Shown here: piece by piece, positions 24,458 to 36,220 of the stretch
Position numbering within the stretch: the stretch's first letter is position 1
Layout of the letters: every line of letters starts with the position of its first letter
DNA from: Octopus sinensis
Lineage: Eukaryota
Direction: 5' to 3'
Assembly (NCBI RefSeq): GCF_006345805.1
Contig: NC_042999.1
Location: 35,340,001 to 35,404,000 of the forward strand
DNA length: 64,000 bases
Translations under genes and position numbers: made by a program
The notes under the pieces: generated by a model
Seen by the model: the letters and a program-made list of their open reading frames with translations, nothing else
Databases searched by the model: none
Told to the model about the DNA's origin: nothing

Positions 24458-25228
24458 AACAAATTAATTTTTGAGGAGGGGCTATGCCTCTTCAAAATAC
24501 ACAATTCTCACTAAAAGGTGAGACAATAAATACGCCAACAAGCAGAACAAATACATCCGAAGCAAAGTGAAGCTTATTACGCGCAGAAAAGTGTTAACAC
24601 TAATTAACATTAATGCTAAAAAATATTAACGGCAAGCAATAAACCTCACTATGCTTCCAAAAATATCCAAAATGTCCTACCTGTTGCCGTAAAATGTTCA
24701 ATAATTCACGTTAACACGTGACATTTGCCGGAGCAAAAAACAGCACGTCTGTCTGGTAAGAAGCTACTTACCACACAACCACTCCTGCGCCTTTAACTAT
24801 CAAAGACATTCAGCTACGGGAACGTCTATGTCATCATGGCTTCTCAGCCCAGGACCTGTGCTAGTGCAAAGGAACAATCGCACTAGCGAGTATGACCGTA
24901 TCTTTGACCAAGTTGATTTAATCGAAGCCAACCCCCAATGCTCTCACGTTCATTATCCAGACGATCGCGAAAACACAGTATCTACGAAACTATTGGCATC
25001 ACCAGGAAAAACTAACCCAACTGATGACTTAACCCAGACATTTGTGACCCTCAAGAGCCAGACAAAGATCTGGCTGAAATGTCTTCACCTCCTAGAGATA
25101 ACCTTCTGAAACAAGAGGAATCCCTTCAACTTCGTCAATCTCAAAGAATTCGGAAAGCCCCGGAAAGGCTTGATCTATAAAAAATTTTTTTTAATCAAAA
25201 AATTTTTTTTTTTCTAGGAGGGAGTGAA

Positions 25229-25352
25229 TGTTAAGCAAATTGTGCTGATTTGAGTGACTTCCATTCATATAAAGGGCATGCGCATTTGATGATCAGGGAG
25301 AGAACGGCCATTTTGAATAACATACGTTGAATCGAGAATATCATGGATAACA
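25229..25352 (+). repeat. Short 3' LTR of the Gypsy relic, preceded by a polypurine tract
   Basis: PPT aggagggagtgaa at 25216-25228, then TGTTA...TAACA inverted termini. No 5' LTR was found in the window to confirm the boundaries. Confidence 0.6.
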
Positions 25353-27239
25353 CTATAAGACGTTTTTCTGTTGTGGGCTGTGACTGGAAATTAGTTTCTT
25401 TGAACTAGGAATTACTGGTCATACATAACATTTGCTGAAGCTGAAATAGGTTAACATGCCAAATATGTACAAATCAGATATTCTTTTTCTTTAGCTTTGA
25501 TTATTCTGTTGTTTTCTGCTTTAATGTTGGCTTATAAAAAATTTATAAGAAACACTTAGTGTTAACGAGAATTTATACGGTGCTAAAAGCTATTCGGTGT
25601 CTGTCAGAGTTGGTAAAACACAAAGCGATGAGCAAATTGCAAAAACTTTGCCATAGCCATTTGTTTCTTCTGGCTTTTCTTGTTAATAAAATGAGAAATA
25701 TCACTTAATAATCGCCGTTGCTTTATAAATTAATTTCCCATAAGGGGCCATCATGTTGTATGTGTCATTATTAAAACTCAGTTATTAATTCTCCATTGAT
25801 AATTGCTAAACTGGGCGAGTGTTATCCTATTAGATTTGAATCATACTGTACAATGCATCTTTGTTATGTAGTAACTTTTTGTAGGAGGTAGACAATGGCA
25901 AGACGTCTTTATAATCAGGAACTAACTTTGGACAAAAGGTAAATAGAATAACAAAAGTCGCTTTTAGTGCTCTACACTGTATCAAAGGAAAAAGAATAGA
26001 ACTGCTGCATTTTGTATAGTATATCATTAGTAAATTCTGAATATTCTCTCTTGGCCGTGTTTATCATTGTCTTTTCTTTTACTTTCCTATTTACCTTCAG
26101 GGATCTACAATAAATGCATCAGATATCTGTCGTAGAAACTAAATATAAATCGTTTGGAAACATTGGTTTCAATTTTGACCATTTTATTTCCTATATATTT
26201 ATTGGAAAACTATGTTTCGAATAGTTTAATCTCTGTCCATCATCAAATGAAATATATATGTTAATATGTTCAAGATGGAGTTTTAAACTCGGGAACTCTT
26301 TATTTCAACCGCAGTTCCAACGCTCCTGTCCAGTATTTAACAAACGAATAACATTAACTGCAGCCAGACAACTCACTTATTATGATAATTCTGATCAATT
26401 AGAATAACGCATATCAAATTTCTTGTTTTTGTACATTCAGTCATGGTTCCTCCATAACAGTTGTTTAGTACATAAATCATAAATGAGACAGTATTTCATG
26501 CATACCACGTAGTGTCTAGACAACTTACAAATTCATAAACTAATTATCATGAGACCACACAATATACATTTTCTGTGAATTAGCTCACGAAATTATTATA
26601 TGAGGATTGTTGATAGATATACTGTAAAAATTATCGTTCAGATCTCGGTGTGTTGAAAATAACTAAAAACTACACTGAATTAAAAATAATTCTTACATAT
26701 TTCACAGTTTTATAATTAAAAACTACACTGAATTAAAAATAATTCTTACATATTTCACAGTTTTATCTAACAACCATTTTGACACACATAGGCATGCATA
26801 TACACATCGATATATACATATTTATGTTCTATATCTAAGTCTTGTAAACGGATGCGCCCAGGTGTGTCTATAAGTGTATGCATGGGTGCAGCATCCAACG
26901 TAATCTAACCAAATGTAAATCAAAATTACGATTCAGGATAGATTCACTATTTTATGCCTTTTGTATTATTTCGTCGTTCACACCTTTACAGAAGATATAT
27001 ACATCAGAATCGCGAATTTCTTACTCAAGTAAAACTGGTTAATTATCTATGACTGGCTCCGTACGGTAGTGACTTTTTAAACAAGACTTTCTATAGTATT
27101 GCTTAGCGGAATAAAAAGCATACTTAATCAAATGTGTGTGCGTATGTGTGTGTGAATGTTTACACATATATACATATATATACACATATATACACATATA
27201 TACATATATATATATATATATATACATACACACACATAC

Positions 27240-27530
27240 ATATATGTGTCCCCCATCATGGCCGCAGTATCAAGGCTGAAACATATAAAAGAATAATCGA
27301 ATGTGTATATGTATGTGTGTGTGTGTGTGTGTGTGTTGTGTGTGTGTGTGTGTGTGTGCGTGTGTCGGCGCAGGTGTGACTGTGTGCTAAGAAGCTTGCT
27401 TCCCAACCACATGGTTCTGGGTTCAGTCCCACTGCGTGGCACTTTTGACACGTGTCTTCTACTAAAGCTTCGGGCTGACCAAAGCTTTGTGAGTGAAATT
27501 GGTAAACGGAAACTGTAAGAAGTCCATCAT
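27240..27530. mobile_element. SINE head with CORE-like segment (27365-27530, +) plus a SINE/LINE tail remnant (27250-27300)
   Basis: gcgcaggtgtgactgtgtgctaagaagcttgcttcccaaccacatggttctgggttcagtcccactgcgtggcac, the same family as 48370 and 53479. Confidence 0.8.
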
Positions 27531-28769
27531 GTGTTTGTGTGTGTGTGTGTGGTGTGTGTGTGTGTGTGTGTGTGTGACAATCATTAATTGGGTGCACACA
27601 AAACAGCAACAATCTATATCCTTTTAGCACTGTTGCTTACATTTTTCATTCATATATAACAAACACCCAAGATGCTGCACATGATACTGAATCCAGAACC
27701 AAGTGGTTCTGAAGCGATCATCTTATCGAGAAAGCTGGGCTTTTGGCCATCCTTCAGACGATGGCATATTACACTGAGTGTACTTTTAACTATGAACTTG
27801 TTAAAATTGCTCAGAGGTTAAAAGGTTGAATTCTTATTTGAAATCATTCACCATTTGCGGTTCTAAACTCCAGTACACTAAGCTGTAAATATATATCATC
27901 AGAAACTGCAGCCTACTGAGCTACATGATTCTAACTTTGGCACAACAATTTTGAGCTGAGCGACCTCAGTTCTCAACTGGTAAAAGGCAAAGTTGATCTC
28001 GGCAAGATTTGAACTCGGAACATAGAGCCAAAAAAATTTTCGCTCTGCATTTTGTCCGGATTGATAATGATTCTGCCAGCTATAAAATTAATTGAGTTGT
28101 ATAATTAACAAGTGTTTTGCCTGATTTAAATCCTACTAAATAAAAGTGAAAGCATGTAGCATAATGGATAGGTTTTCTGTTTCCGATCAAAAGGTCGTGG
28201 ATTTTTATTTCTGAACTGCGTTGTTACCTTATCCAAGTCACTTCATTTCACGTTGCTCCAGTCTACAAACGTAAATGAGTACCCACAGGGTGTCAGTGCA
28301 GCTCTTTATCCCCGCAATTTTCTCATCTTGGTTGTGTCGTTTGGTCAAGAGTGAAGGATGGGAGCGTAATTGTGTCCCTATCTATTCGTGACCACATAGA
28401 CACCTACAATATTTAGCGACAGCATGCTACATGTTACTAAACCGTACGCGTTCGCCGGTACGGTCTGATAACGTGTACCACGCTTTCGCTAATTATTTTA
28501 AATTGATGATATGTTAGTAAGAAACCACTATCGTGCATTTTTCCATAAATATGACAAGAGCCGTCTGTTATTTTCATCATTTTTTTAAAGTTGACATTAA
28601 TAAGACGCTATCTAATGCTTATACCATAATTATTCATGGGGAACTGACAAAATTCATAATGTTTCATGAAATTGTATCTCATTTACCTATTCTATATGTT
28701 AATTATGATTTCTTTACATGAGACATAACTATATAATTCAAATCAGCGTGACCGTGGGATTGTGTGTGT

Positions 28770-29480
28770 CTCGTCTTTTATATATAAAAATGTATTGGCG
28801 TGTTGCATTGATAAAAATATATTCAGTTAATAGAAATATATTCTGCCGGAGAGGACGACCCGCAATCGTCGGTAAATTTTGATCCTTTCACCCTTACGAT
28901 TTTCACTAAGAAAAAACTCGGATTTTTTGCGTGGAATCAAGTACCCTGACCTCCTAATATACTGCAAAACCTTTATTTTGGTTCGGAAAAAAAGGAGTGG
29001 TGGGAAACCGGATCCCTCCCCCTACCAAAATCATGGAATTTTTATTTTCGTTGAATGAATTCTGGTGACCTAATATGCTACAAAACCTTTTGGGGGGTCC
29101 AGAAAACGGGGGTGGGATGAGGTGGAAGCCTCGGAAATTTCATCCCCCACCCCATTGATCTTTTCACCCGCAAGATTTTCATTAAGAAAAAAAAAACTCG
29201 GATTTTTTGCGTGGAATCGAGTACCTTGACCTAATATGCTTCAAATCCCTTATTTTGGTTCGCAAAAAAGGGAGTGGTGGGAAACCGGATCCCTCCCCCA
29301 TATCCCTGAATCATTGGACATTTTTTTTTCGTTGAATGAATTCCGAATGCTACAAAACCCCATTTGGGGTCCGGAAAACGGGGTGGGGTGAGGGGAAGAC
29401 TCAGAAATTTTACCCACTCCCAACATTTTACAGAAATACATTTTCCAGAGTGTGAATTATAGGGTTCGTTATTAGATATA
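28770..29480. repeat. Unclassified element with two diverged ~278-bp tandem units
   Basis: gattttcactaagaaaaaactcggattttttgcgtggaatc recurs at ~28897 and ~29175; ggagtggtgggaaaccggatccctcccc is present in both units. Confidence 0.7.
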
Positions 29481-31630
29481 TAGAGAATGTAACAGTACGA
29501 TGCTCTTCTAATTCAGCCATCCTTCTCTCCTTCCACTTCTTAAAAGAATGTTCAACAATCATTTTCGTGCGAGAATGACTTGAAAGGATGTTCCATGCTT
29601 TTCTTGATTGTTGTAGGAGTCATTTTGAGCGCCAGATGACAGACACCTTCTCGATTCACGCACCCTTGGACCTAACCTACGAACATCGAGGATGTAGCAG
29701 CTGGAGAGAGAGGGGACCGCTAGGTACTCAGCTAATACTCATTACATCTAAGTAAAATAGAGTAACATGAAATGAAATATCTTACTCAAAGCCACAACGG
29801 GTTGCCTGGTCCAGGAATTAGATCCAAGATCTTATGATAATGAACCAAACAGCCCCCTAACCACTAGGCCACTAGCCATCACTTCTATTTCTAAACACTA
29901 AATAATTTCTATAAACTTAACAGCAACAGTCCTAACATATTCGCTAAGAAACTTTTGATGTGTGAAACTAGTTCAGCAATTTATTCTAAGATAAGTATGT
30001 TAAACTGTGTGATTTTCTATTATTTTACCTTATTTGCTTTACATCAGTATTCTTCCTTATAGAAATTACATCTCAAACCATGAATGTAACCTGGAGATGA
30101 TTGAAGAATGGCAATTATCACCAGTAGTTCTCTTATATGATTATTTCTATTGATTTTACTTCTACTATTTGACTACAAAGTACCTATTTGAACTCCAGTC
30201 CAGAAGCAGATTTTAAATATTATTCAAGGTATATTAGAAATATTCAATGAAAACTTCGAGACTTTGACGATTAGTTAATTGCATAATAAAAATAATATAA
30301 TTTGTTTCAATGTTCCTGCACTTGATTTAGATATTTGATTATAGAATTTTAATTCAATATTTATCAGTTCCCAAAAGAATCAATGTGTGTGATTTCTATC
30401 AAGAAACTGCTAACGGCTGCGCGGTGCCTGAAGACTCGAATAACATTTCAATGCAAATGTCGAACATTATTAAAATAGCTCTCGATGATTTTACTGCAGA
30501 CGAGAAATCTCACGTTAAAACCGTTGCTCTTGAAAATGCAATCGAGCGTAAATGGCTAAAGAGTGATTTTGCGTTTTCCGTGAAAATATGTTATAGATTT
30601 ACAACCCATAATGAACCCATTGAATAATTGGGAATATATATGGATATAAACAATTATTATATATTTCCCAATCAGATGTCACTACTTCATATATACATAA
30701 ACACAAACACGCACAAGCATACATACATTAACACGCATACACGCACATACACACACGCGTTCACCCTAAATGAGTTTGGGTCTAATCCGTACATTAACAT
30801 TGATTTAACCCTTTAGCATTTTAACCAGAAATAATCTGTCCCAAATATTTTACCTGTTTTATTTTCAAAACAGTCAGATCCGGTCTCTCACACCTACTGT
30901 ACAATGTCATTCTGAAAATAAACAATCATATCATCTAAATCTCCAAGCTACGAGATAAGATATGAATATTCAAAAACAATATGAATAAAAAAGCATTATA
31001 TTTGACTGAGTAATACGAAAGTTAAGGAATTAAGTAACTAAAGTTAACAGCTTACATATTTCTTTACTACCCACAAGGGGCTAAACATAGAGGGCACAAA
31101 CAAGGACAGACAAACGCATTAAATCGATTACTTCGACCCCAGTGCGAAACTGGTACTTTATTTATCGACCCCGAAAGGATGAAAGGCAAAGTCGACCTCG
31201 GCGGAATTTGAACTCAGAACGTAACCACAGACGAAATACTGCTAAGCATTTCGCCCGGCGCGCTAACGTTTCTGCCAGCTCGCCGCCTTGCTAAAGTTAA
31301 CAGCATATAGGGAACAAGTTTGGATTTGAAGTGAATAACATGACGTGAACCTATCAAGAGGATGTCTCTATTGCAGCTAATTAGCTGCACCCCAGTCCTA
31401 ATTCAGCTGACATTCAACATACACATTATTGAAAACGAGAAAGAGTAAAGGAGGAAGATGGAGAGACAAACAGACAGACAGACAGATAGATAGAAAACGG
31501 TGAAGGGGAGTAAAAAGAATTAGAGAAAGGGAGAGAGAGATGGGGGAACAGTAAAGGAAAGAGTCACATCAAAAATATTAAGATAAAACTTACTTGGAAA
31601 TGGATGCGTGGCGTTCAATCAAATAATAAT

Positions 31631-31677
<47 letters not shown>

Positions 31678-31879
31678 TATATATATATGCATATATACAC
31701 CACACATGTGTACATACATACATATGTATGTATATAGGTATGCATATATGGGTACAGGTCCCTCCGCATATATCAAATTTTATTCTGGTTCGCGGAAACA
31801 ACTGCCTGCAAAGTCTTATCTGCTATAAAGGAAAATTAAACAGAAATGGTGGAATGATAGAGCAAAAGGATCACAAGAA

Positions 31880-33430
31880 CCAGCTGATAGAAATGGTGCC
31901 AAGGGTTTGTACTCTTATGATAAGGAGGTATGTGGCCCCAAATCTTCTTCAATTGCTCCAGTGAGAACAGCAAATAGGCATTTGCTTTTGACTATCACCG
32001 CTTCTATTCACAAGCGCTGGGTAGAACATTTTTATGCACTTTTGTATAGACCTACATCTGTTGACATGAGGGTGATAGAAAAAAATCGAACAGCTTCCAG
32101 TTATAGAGTAGATGGCATTTGAACCAACTCTAAATAAATGACATTTATTTAGTTGTGAATAAGCTGAATAATAATAAGTCTCCAGGAATCTGTGCAGAGG
32201 TCTTGAAATATGGGGATGATAAATTGTTTGAACTTTTAAATATATTAATTTGTCATTGTTGGAGAACTGAGGAGGTCCCTCAAAACTGGATTGATGCCAT
32301 TTTTGTCTCCTTATAAATCGAGGTCAAAGGATCTGTGTGGTAATTTTCGTGAGATTTTGCTTTTGTCTGTAGTTGAAAAGGTACTTGCCCGTATTATGTT
32401 AGAACATTTAAATAGCTTCATAGTTCCAAATATGATATCTGAATCCCAATGTGGTTTTTGCCCCTCCAGAAGCGCAATTGATTGTATCTTTACTATCCGA
32501 CATTTTCAGGAAAAGTGCATTAAACAGACTCTTTCCTTATACCATTATTTTGTTGATTTAAGCAAAGCATTTGATATTGTTAAACGAAATCCTCCGTGGC
32601 TAATTCTAAGGAAAATAGGTTGCCCAGAAAAAATTGTAAACATGATCAGGGCTTTGCATCATGATATGAAGGCTAGAGTTAATTTTGGTGGTAAGCTCTC
32701 TGAATTTTTTTACCATGGAAAATGGAGTAAACCAAAGTGACCTTGATGCACCTAACTTTGCTGTTGTGCTCTCACACACTTTTCAAAGCTCCGAAGAGAG
32801 TATTTACATAAAATATCTGGTCAAACTCCAGTGTTTGACCCGACCAAAAAAAATAGTGTAATAGGTGTAAAACATGTAGTAAACGAATATGAAAAAAATG
32901 CGCGCTGGCGAACGGGGGGCAGGGGTTGAAAAGGACTCGTAACATTCCCGATGTGAATTTTCCGAGTCCTCCCCACCACCCACCCCCCGATCGCCAGTGC
33001 GCATTTATTTTTCATATTTGTTTACTACATGTTGTTTTACACCTATTACACTATTTTTATTTTCCTTTTGTGACCGGGTGTTGAAGTGGGGTTACTGGAT
33101 CGTGTGAATTATCCAAGTTCGCACACCACCCACACCCCGTCACAAAAAGTGGGGAAAAAATAGTATACTAGATGTAGAATAATGTGTAGTAAACGAATAC
33201 GAAGAAAATTTTGCCGACGAACGGGGAAGTGGTGAGAGGACTCGGAACATTCCCGATGTGAATTTTCCGAGTCCTCTCCCCCGCCCCCGTTCGCCAGCGC
33301 GCATGTTTTTCATATTTGCTTAGTACGTGTTGTTTTACACTTATTGCACTATTTTTCTTTTTTTTTTTTTTTGCTTGGGGCAAACACTGGAGTTTGACCA
33401 AATATCGAACTGCAGGGAATGTTTCTAATC
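31880..33430 (+). mobile_element. Degenerate RTE-clade LINE RT fragment interrupted by the cloverleaf MITE
   Basis: Peptides ESQCGFCPSRSAIDCIFTIRHFQEKC and FVDLSKAFDIVKR. Removing 32818-33406 restores ESIYIKYRTAGNVSNL. Confidence 0.8.
32818..33400. mobile_element. 583-bp non-autonomous TIR element (MITE/foldback) with three internal hairpin arms
   Basis: 20-bp perfect TIR TGGTCAAACTCCAGTGTTTG. TSD aatatc at 32812-32817 and 33401-33406. Internal inverted arms at ~32849-33057, ~33066-33148 and ~33156-33356. Confidence 0.85.
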
Positions 33431-33678
33431 TGCCACTTCAACATGGCTGCCTGTTCGAACAGACAGCCATGTTGAAGTGGCTACAAATATTACTTTATAT
33501 ATATATATATATATATATATCCTACTGACAATTGTCTTGATATATATGTGATACTCTATCTAGATAGTGTACTATAATTTGCATATGATAGTCAGCCATG
33601 TAATAAATAAATAATATATATTTATACCTATATATTTCTGTATGTCTCTATATATGTGTGTTTGCGTGTTTGTGTGTG

Positions 33679-33735
<57 letters not shown>

Positions 33736-33965
33736 GTATGTATATATACATACATACCCACATATGTGTTTGTATCTATAGATATATATACATATGTGCG
33801 CTCCAATAGATTTATATGGATATATATATACCTTAACTTGTTTCATTAGTCAAAAGATTTGCAAGGCACCAACAGACTTCAAGAGATACATTAATGTCCA
33901 TAGAACATGATTACCGCTTTATTTTATTGAACCCTCATTTGTCATTCACGACGAGAGAGTCCATC

Positions 33966-34048
<83 letters not shown>

Positions 34049-34138
34049 TGCATATATACATGCATACACATGTTTTTGTATCTATTGATACACATGAGTG
34101 TTTATATACATGTGTTTATGCTTGTGTGTATATGTATT

Positions 34139-34177
<39 letters not shown>

Positions 34178-34721
34178 ATATGTATGTATACATATACATA
34201 CATACCCACACACACATAACACACACATACACATGCGCGCGCTCGTCTGCCACTAGTTTGTATCACTCGCAGTGCAATTTGTGAGGATTGTAGTTTAGTT
34301 TATAAATTTACCGTTGTTTTGATGTCTCATCGTAGATACAAAGCACTGGTCAATTTTACAGAACGGCTAAACCCATCTGTGTCGAATTGATATATTTGCG
34401 CGCGCGCGTGTGTGCTTTGTCGTAGAAGTTGTGTTTGAATAACTTTTTCTTGCACTACTTCATTAAAAGTTATATACCAAATTCAAAGCTATATACCAAA
34501 ATATATATATTTTTATATTGTAAATATTATATATTTTTATATTTGTATGTCTATATAAACATATAAATATATACATGCATATATATATACGTATATATGT
34601 ACATATATGATATATACAATATATATACATATGTATGCATATATACACTTATATATACATTTATATATATGTATATAAGCATATATGTGTGCGTGTGTGT
34701 GTGTATGTATGTATGTATATA

Positions 34722-34783
<62 letters not shown>

Positions 34784-34797
34784 TATATATATAATAT

Positions 34798-35020
34798 AAA
34801 CAATTGCAGCGTGGAAGGTGTTTGTAAGCCATTTAAGAAACACACAAAAGCCGTTCGATTCACTTCAACATTTAAGTTTAATTTGTCAAAATATTTTCGT
34901 CGCTAAAATCCGCGTCCTGTTCACTGACAAAAATCCGTGCTGCGGCATGTTGAAGTGAATCGAACGGCTTTTGTGTGTTTCTTAAATGGCTTACAAACAC
35001 CTTCCACGCTGCAATTGTTT
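34798..35020. repeat. Perfect 74-bp inverted repeat with 75-nt spacer, PLE-terminus type, next to (AT)n
   Basis: 34798-34871 is the exact reverse complement of 34947-35020. Confidence 0.9.
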
Positions 35021-35039
35021 TCGTTTCAGCACACGATCT

Positions 35040-35720
35040 CAGATCAAATCACTTGCTATGCGAGTACATCTCCCTATATATATATAATAAATTAATAAAT
35101 AAAACATATGCATATATACATACATATATGTACGTACCTACCTCTACATGTATATATACATACATATATGGGTACAGGACACAAAAAAACGTCGAACACA
35201 ATGAGAAACGAAAACATAAACACAAAACCAAGAACTGGACATTTTTCTTAAACAACGAAAAAATAGAGTACAGGACAAATAACACAAGGAAAATTCCCCT
35301 TCTTCAGTCGCCATGGTTTTCATCTACTCTGCGTTTCGAAGGTGAAGGCGATACGCATCTTCGATAGAAACTTTCCTTCCCTGGAAGAGCAAAATAAAAT
35401 TTGAGATCTTTTTGCGGAGGGGTAAAAATGGTAACAAAAACAAGACAGTAACGACAGTACAAAATATAAACAGTAAAAGACAGGACAAGGAGAATAACAA
35501 GACAAGAACGGCTGTTAAGCCGAACGAGATAAAGTATACGAACGCTATTTTTGAGAACGGCGAAGGAGCAACAGAAAATGCCGTCTACACTTCAAGGAAA
35601 CCAGGTCAGAAAGACAGTAGCAGAGCTCTCGTCGCGTTCAACGACGGGAGGGAGGAGGAGGAGCAAGTATAAGGGAGAGAGAAAAAGGGAATGGTTGTGA
35701 AGAAACCAGAAAGAATGAAG

Positions 35721-35754
<34 letters not shown>

Positions 35755-36220
35755 TAATGTAGAAGAAAAGGAAACCAGAAAGAATGAAGGCTGAAAAAGG
35801 GAGGGGGAGAGAAAGGTTAAGAGTGCGCATCATTATCAATATCAAGAACAATCTTACTTAGAAATGGATGCGTGCGTTCCGTCATATAATAAATTAATAA
35901 ATAAAACATATGCATGTATGCATACATATATGTATGTACCTACCTCTACATGTATATATACATACATATATGGGTACAGGACACCAAAAAACGTCGAACA
36001 CAATGAGAACCGAAAACATAAACACAAAACAAAGAACAGGACATTTTTCTTAAACAACGAAAAAATAGAGTACAGGACAAGTAACACAAGGAAAATTCCT
36101 CTTCTTCAGTCGCCATGGTTTCATCTACTCTGCATTTCGAAGGTGAAGGCGATACGCGTCTTCGATAGAAACTTTCTCCTTCCCGCGAAAAGCAAAATAA
36201 AATTTGAGATCTTTTTGCAC
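35040..36220. mobile_element. PLE-like terminal region with a ~330-bp partial tandem duplication
   Basis: ~35080-35412 is repeated at ~35885-36215. A related end motif cttact(a/g)gaaatggatgcgtg occurs at ~31588, ~35855 and ~54313. PLE assignment is inferred from the partial tandem structure and (AT)n context. Confidence 0.55.

Larger units (their letters stand above)
22674..24753 (-). mobile_element. ORF1-only non-autonomous Tx1-like non-LTR element (HAL1-like organisation)
   Basis: ~580-nt 5' UTR with four 29-bp repeats, a GC-rich ORF1 and a ~320-nt 3' UTR with no EN/RT sequence. TSD tggttagcaagctactt (22657-22673) vs tggtaagaagctactt (24754-24769). Confidence 0.8.
22217..24790 (-). mobile_element. 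Composite tRNA-derived SINE split by the Tx1-like insertion (pieces 22217-22673 and 24754-24790)
   Basis: Matches the uninterrupted copy at 48370-48785 (+): head gcgcaggagtggctgtgtggtaagtagcttg, CORE-like ggcaccttgggcaagtgtc, (CA)n, tail gactgaaacaagtaaaagag. Possible cttta TSD at 22212-22216 and 24791-24795. Confidence 0.88.
21053..25352 (+). mobile_element. pol: Degenerate Gypsy LTR retrotransposon 3' half (RNase H, integrase, PPT, 3' LTR) interrupted by nested insertions at 22217-24790
   Basis: RNase H DALDFAISATLNQGGRPVAFHSR and FTLITDQRS; integrase HHCC ELHAALCHP..CRNCSIC; core ISIDSKG..IVDEYS..HSDRGTGF..VERYNG. The reading resumes FNYQRHSATGTSMSSWLLSPGPVL after 24791. Confidence 0.88.

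Noticed and set aside
26663-26766. ~54-bp direct tandem duplication
   Set aside because: An ordinary local duplication with no coding or structural signal.
30060-30300. EITSQTMNVTW looks like a fibronectin type III strand
   Set aside because: It is followed immediately by in-frame stops, and the match is too short to support a call.
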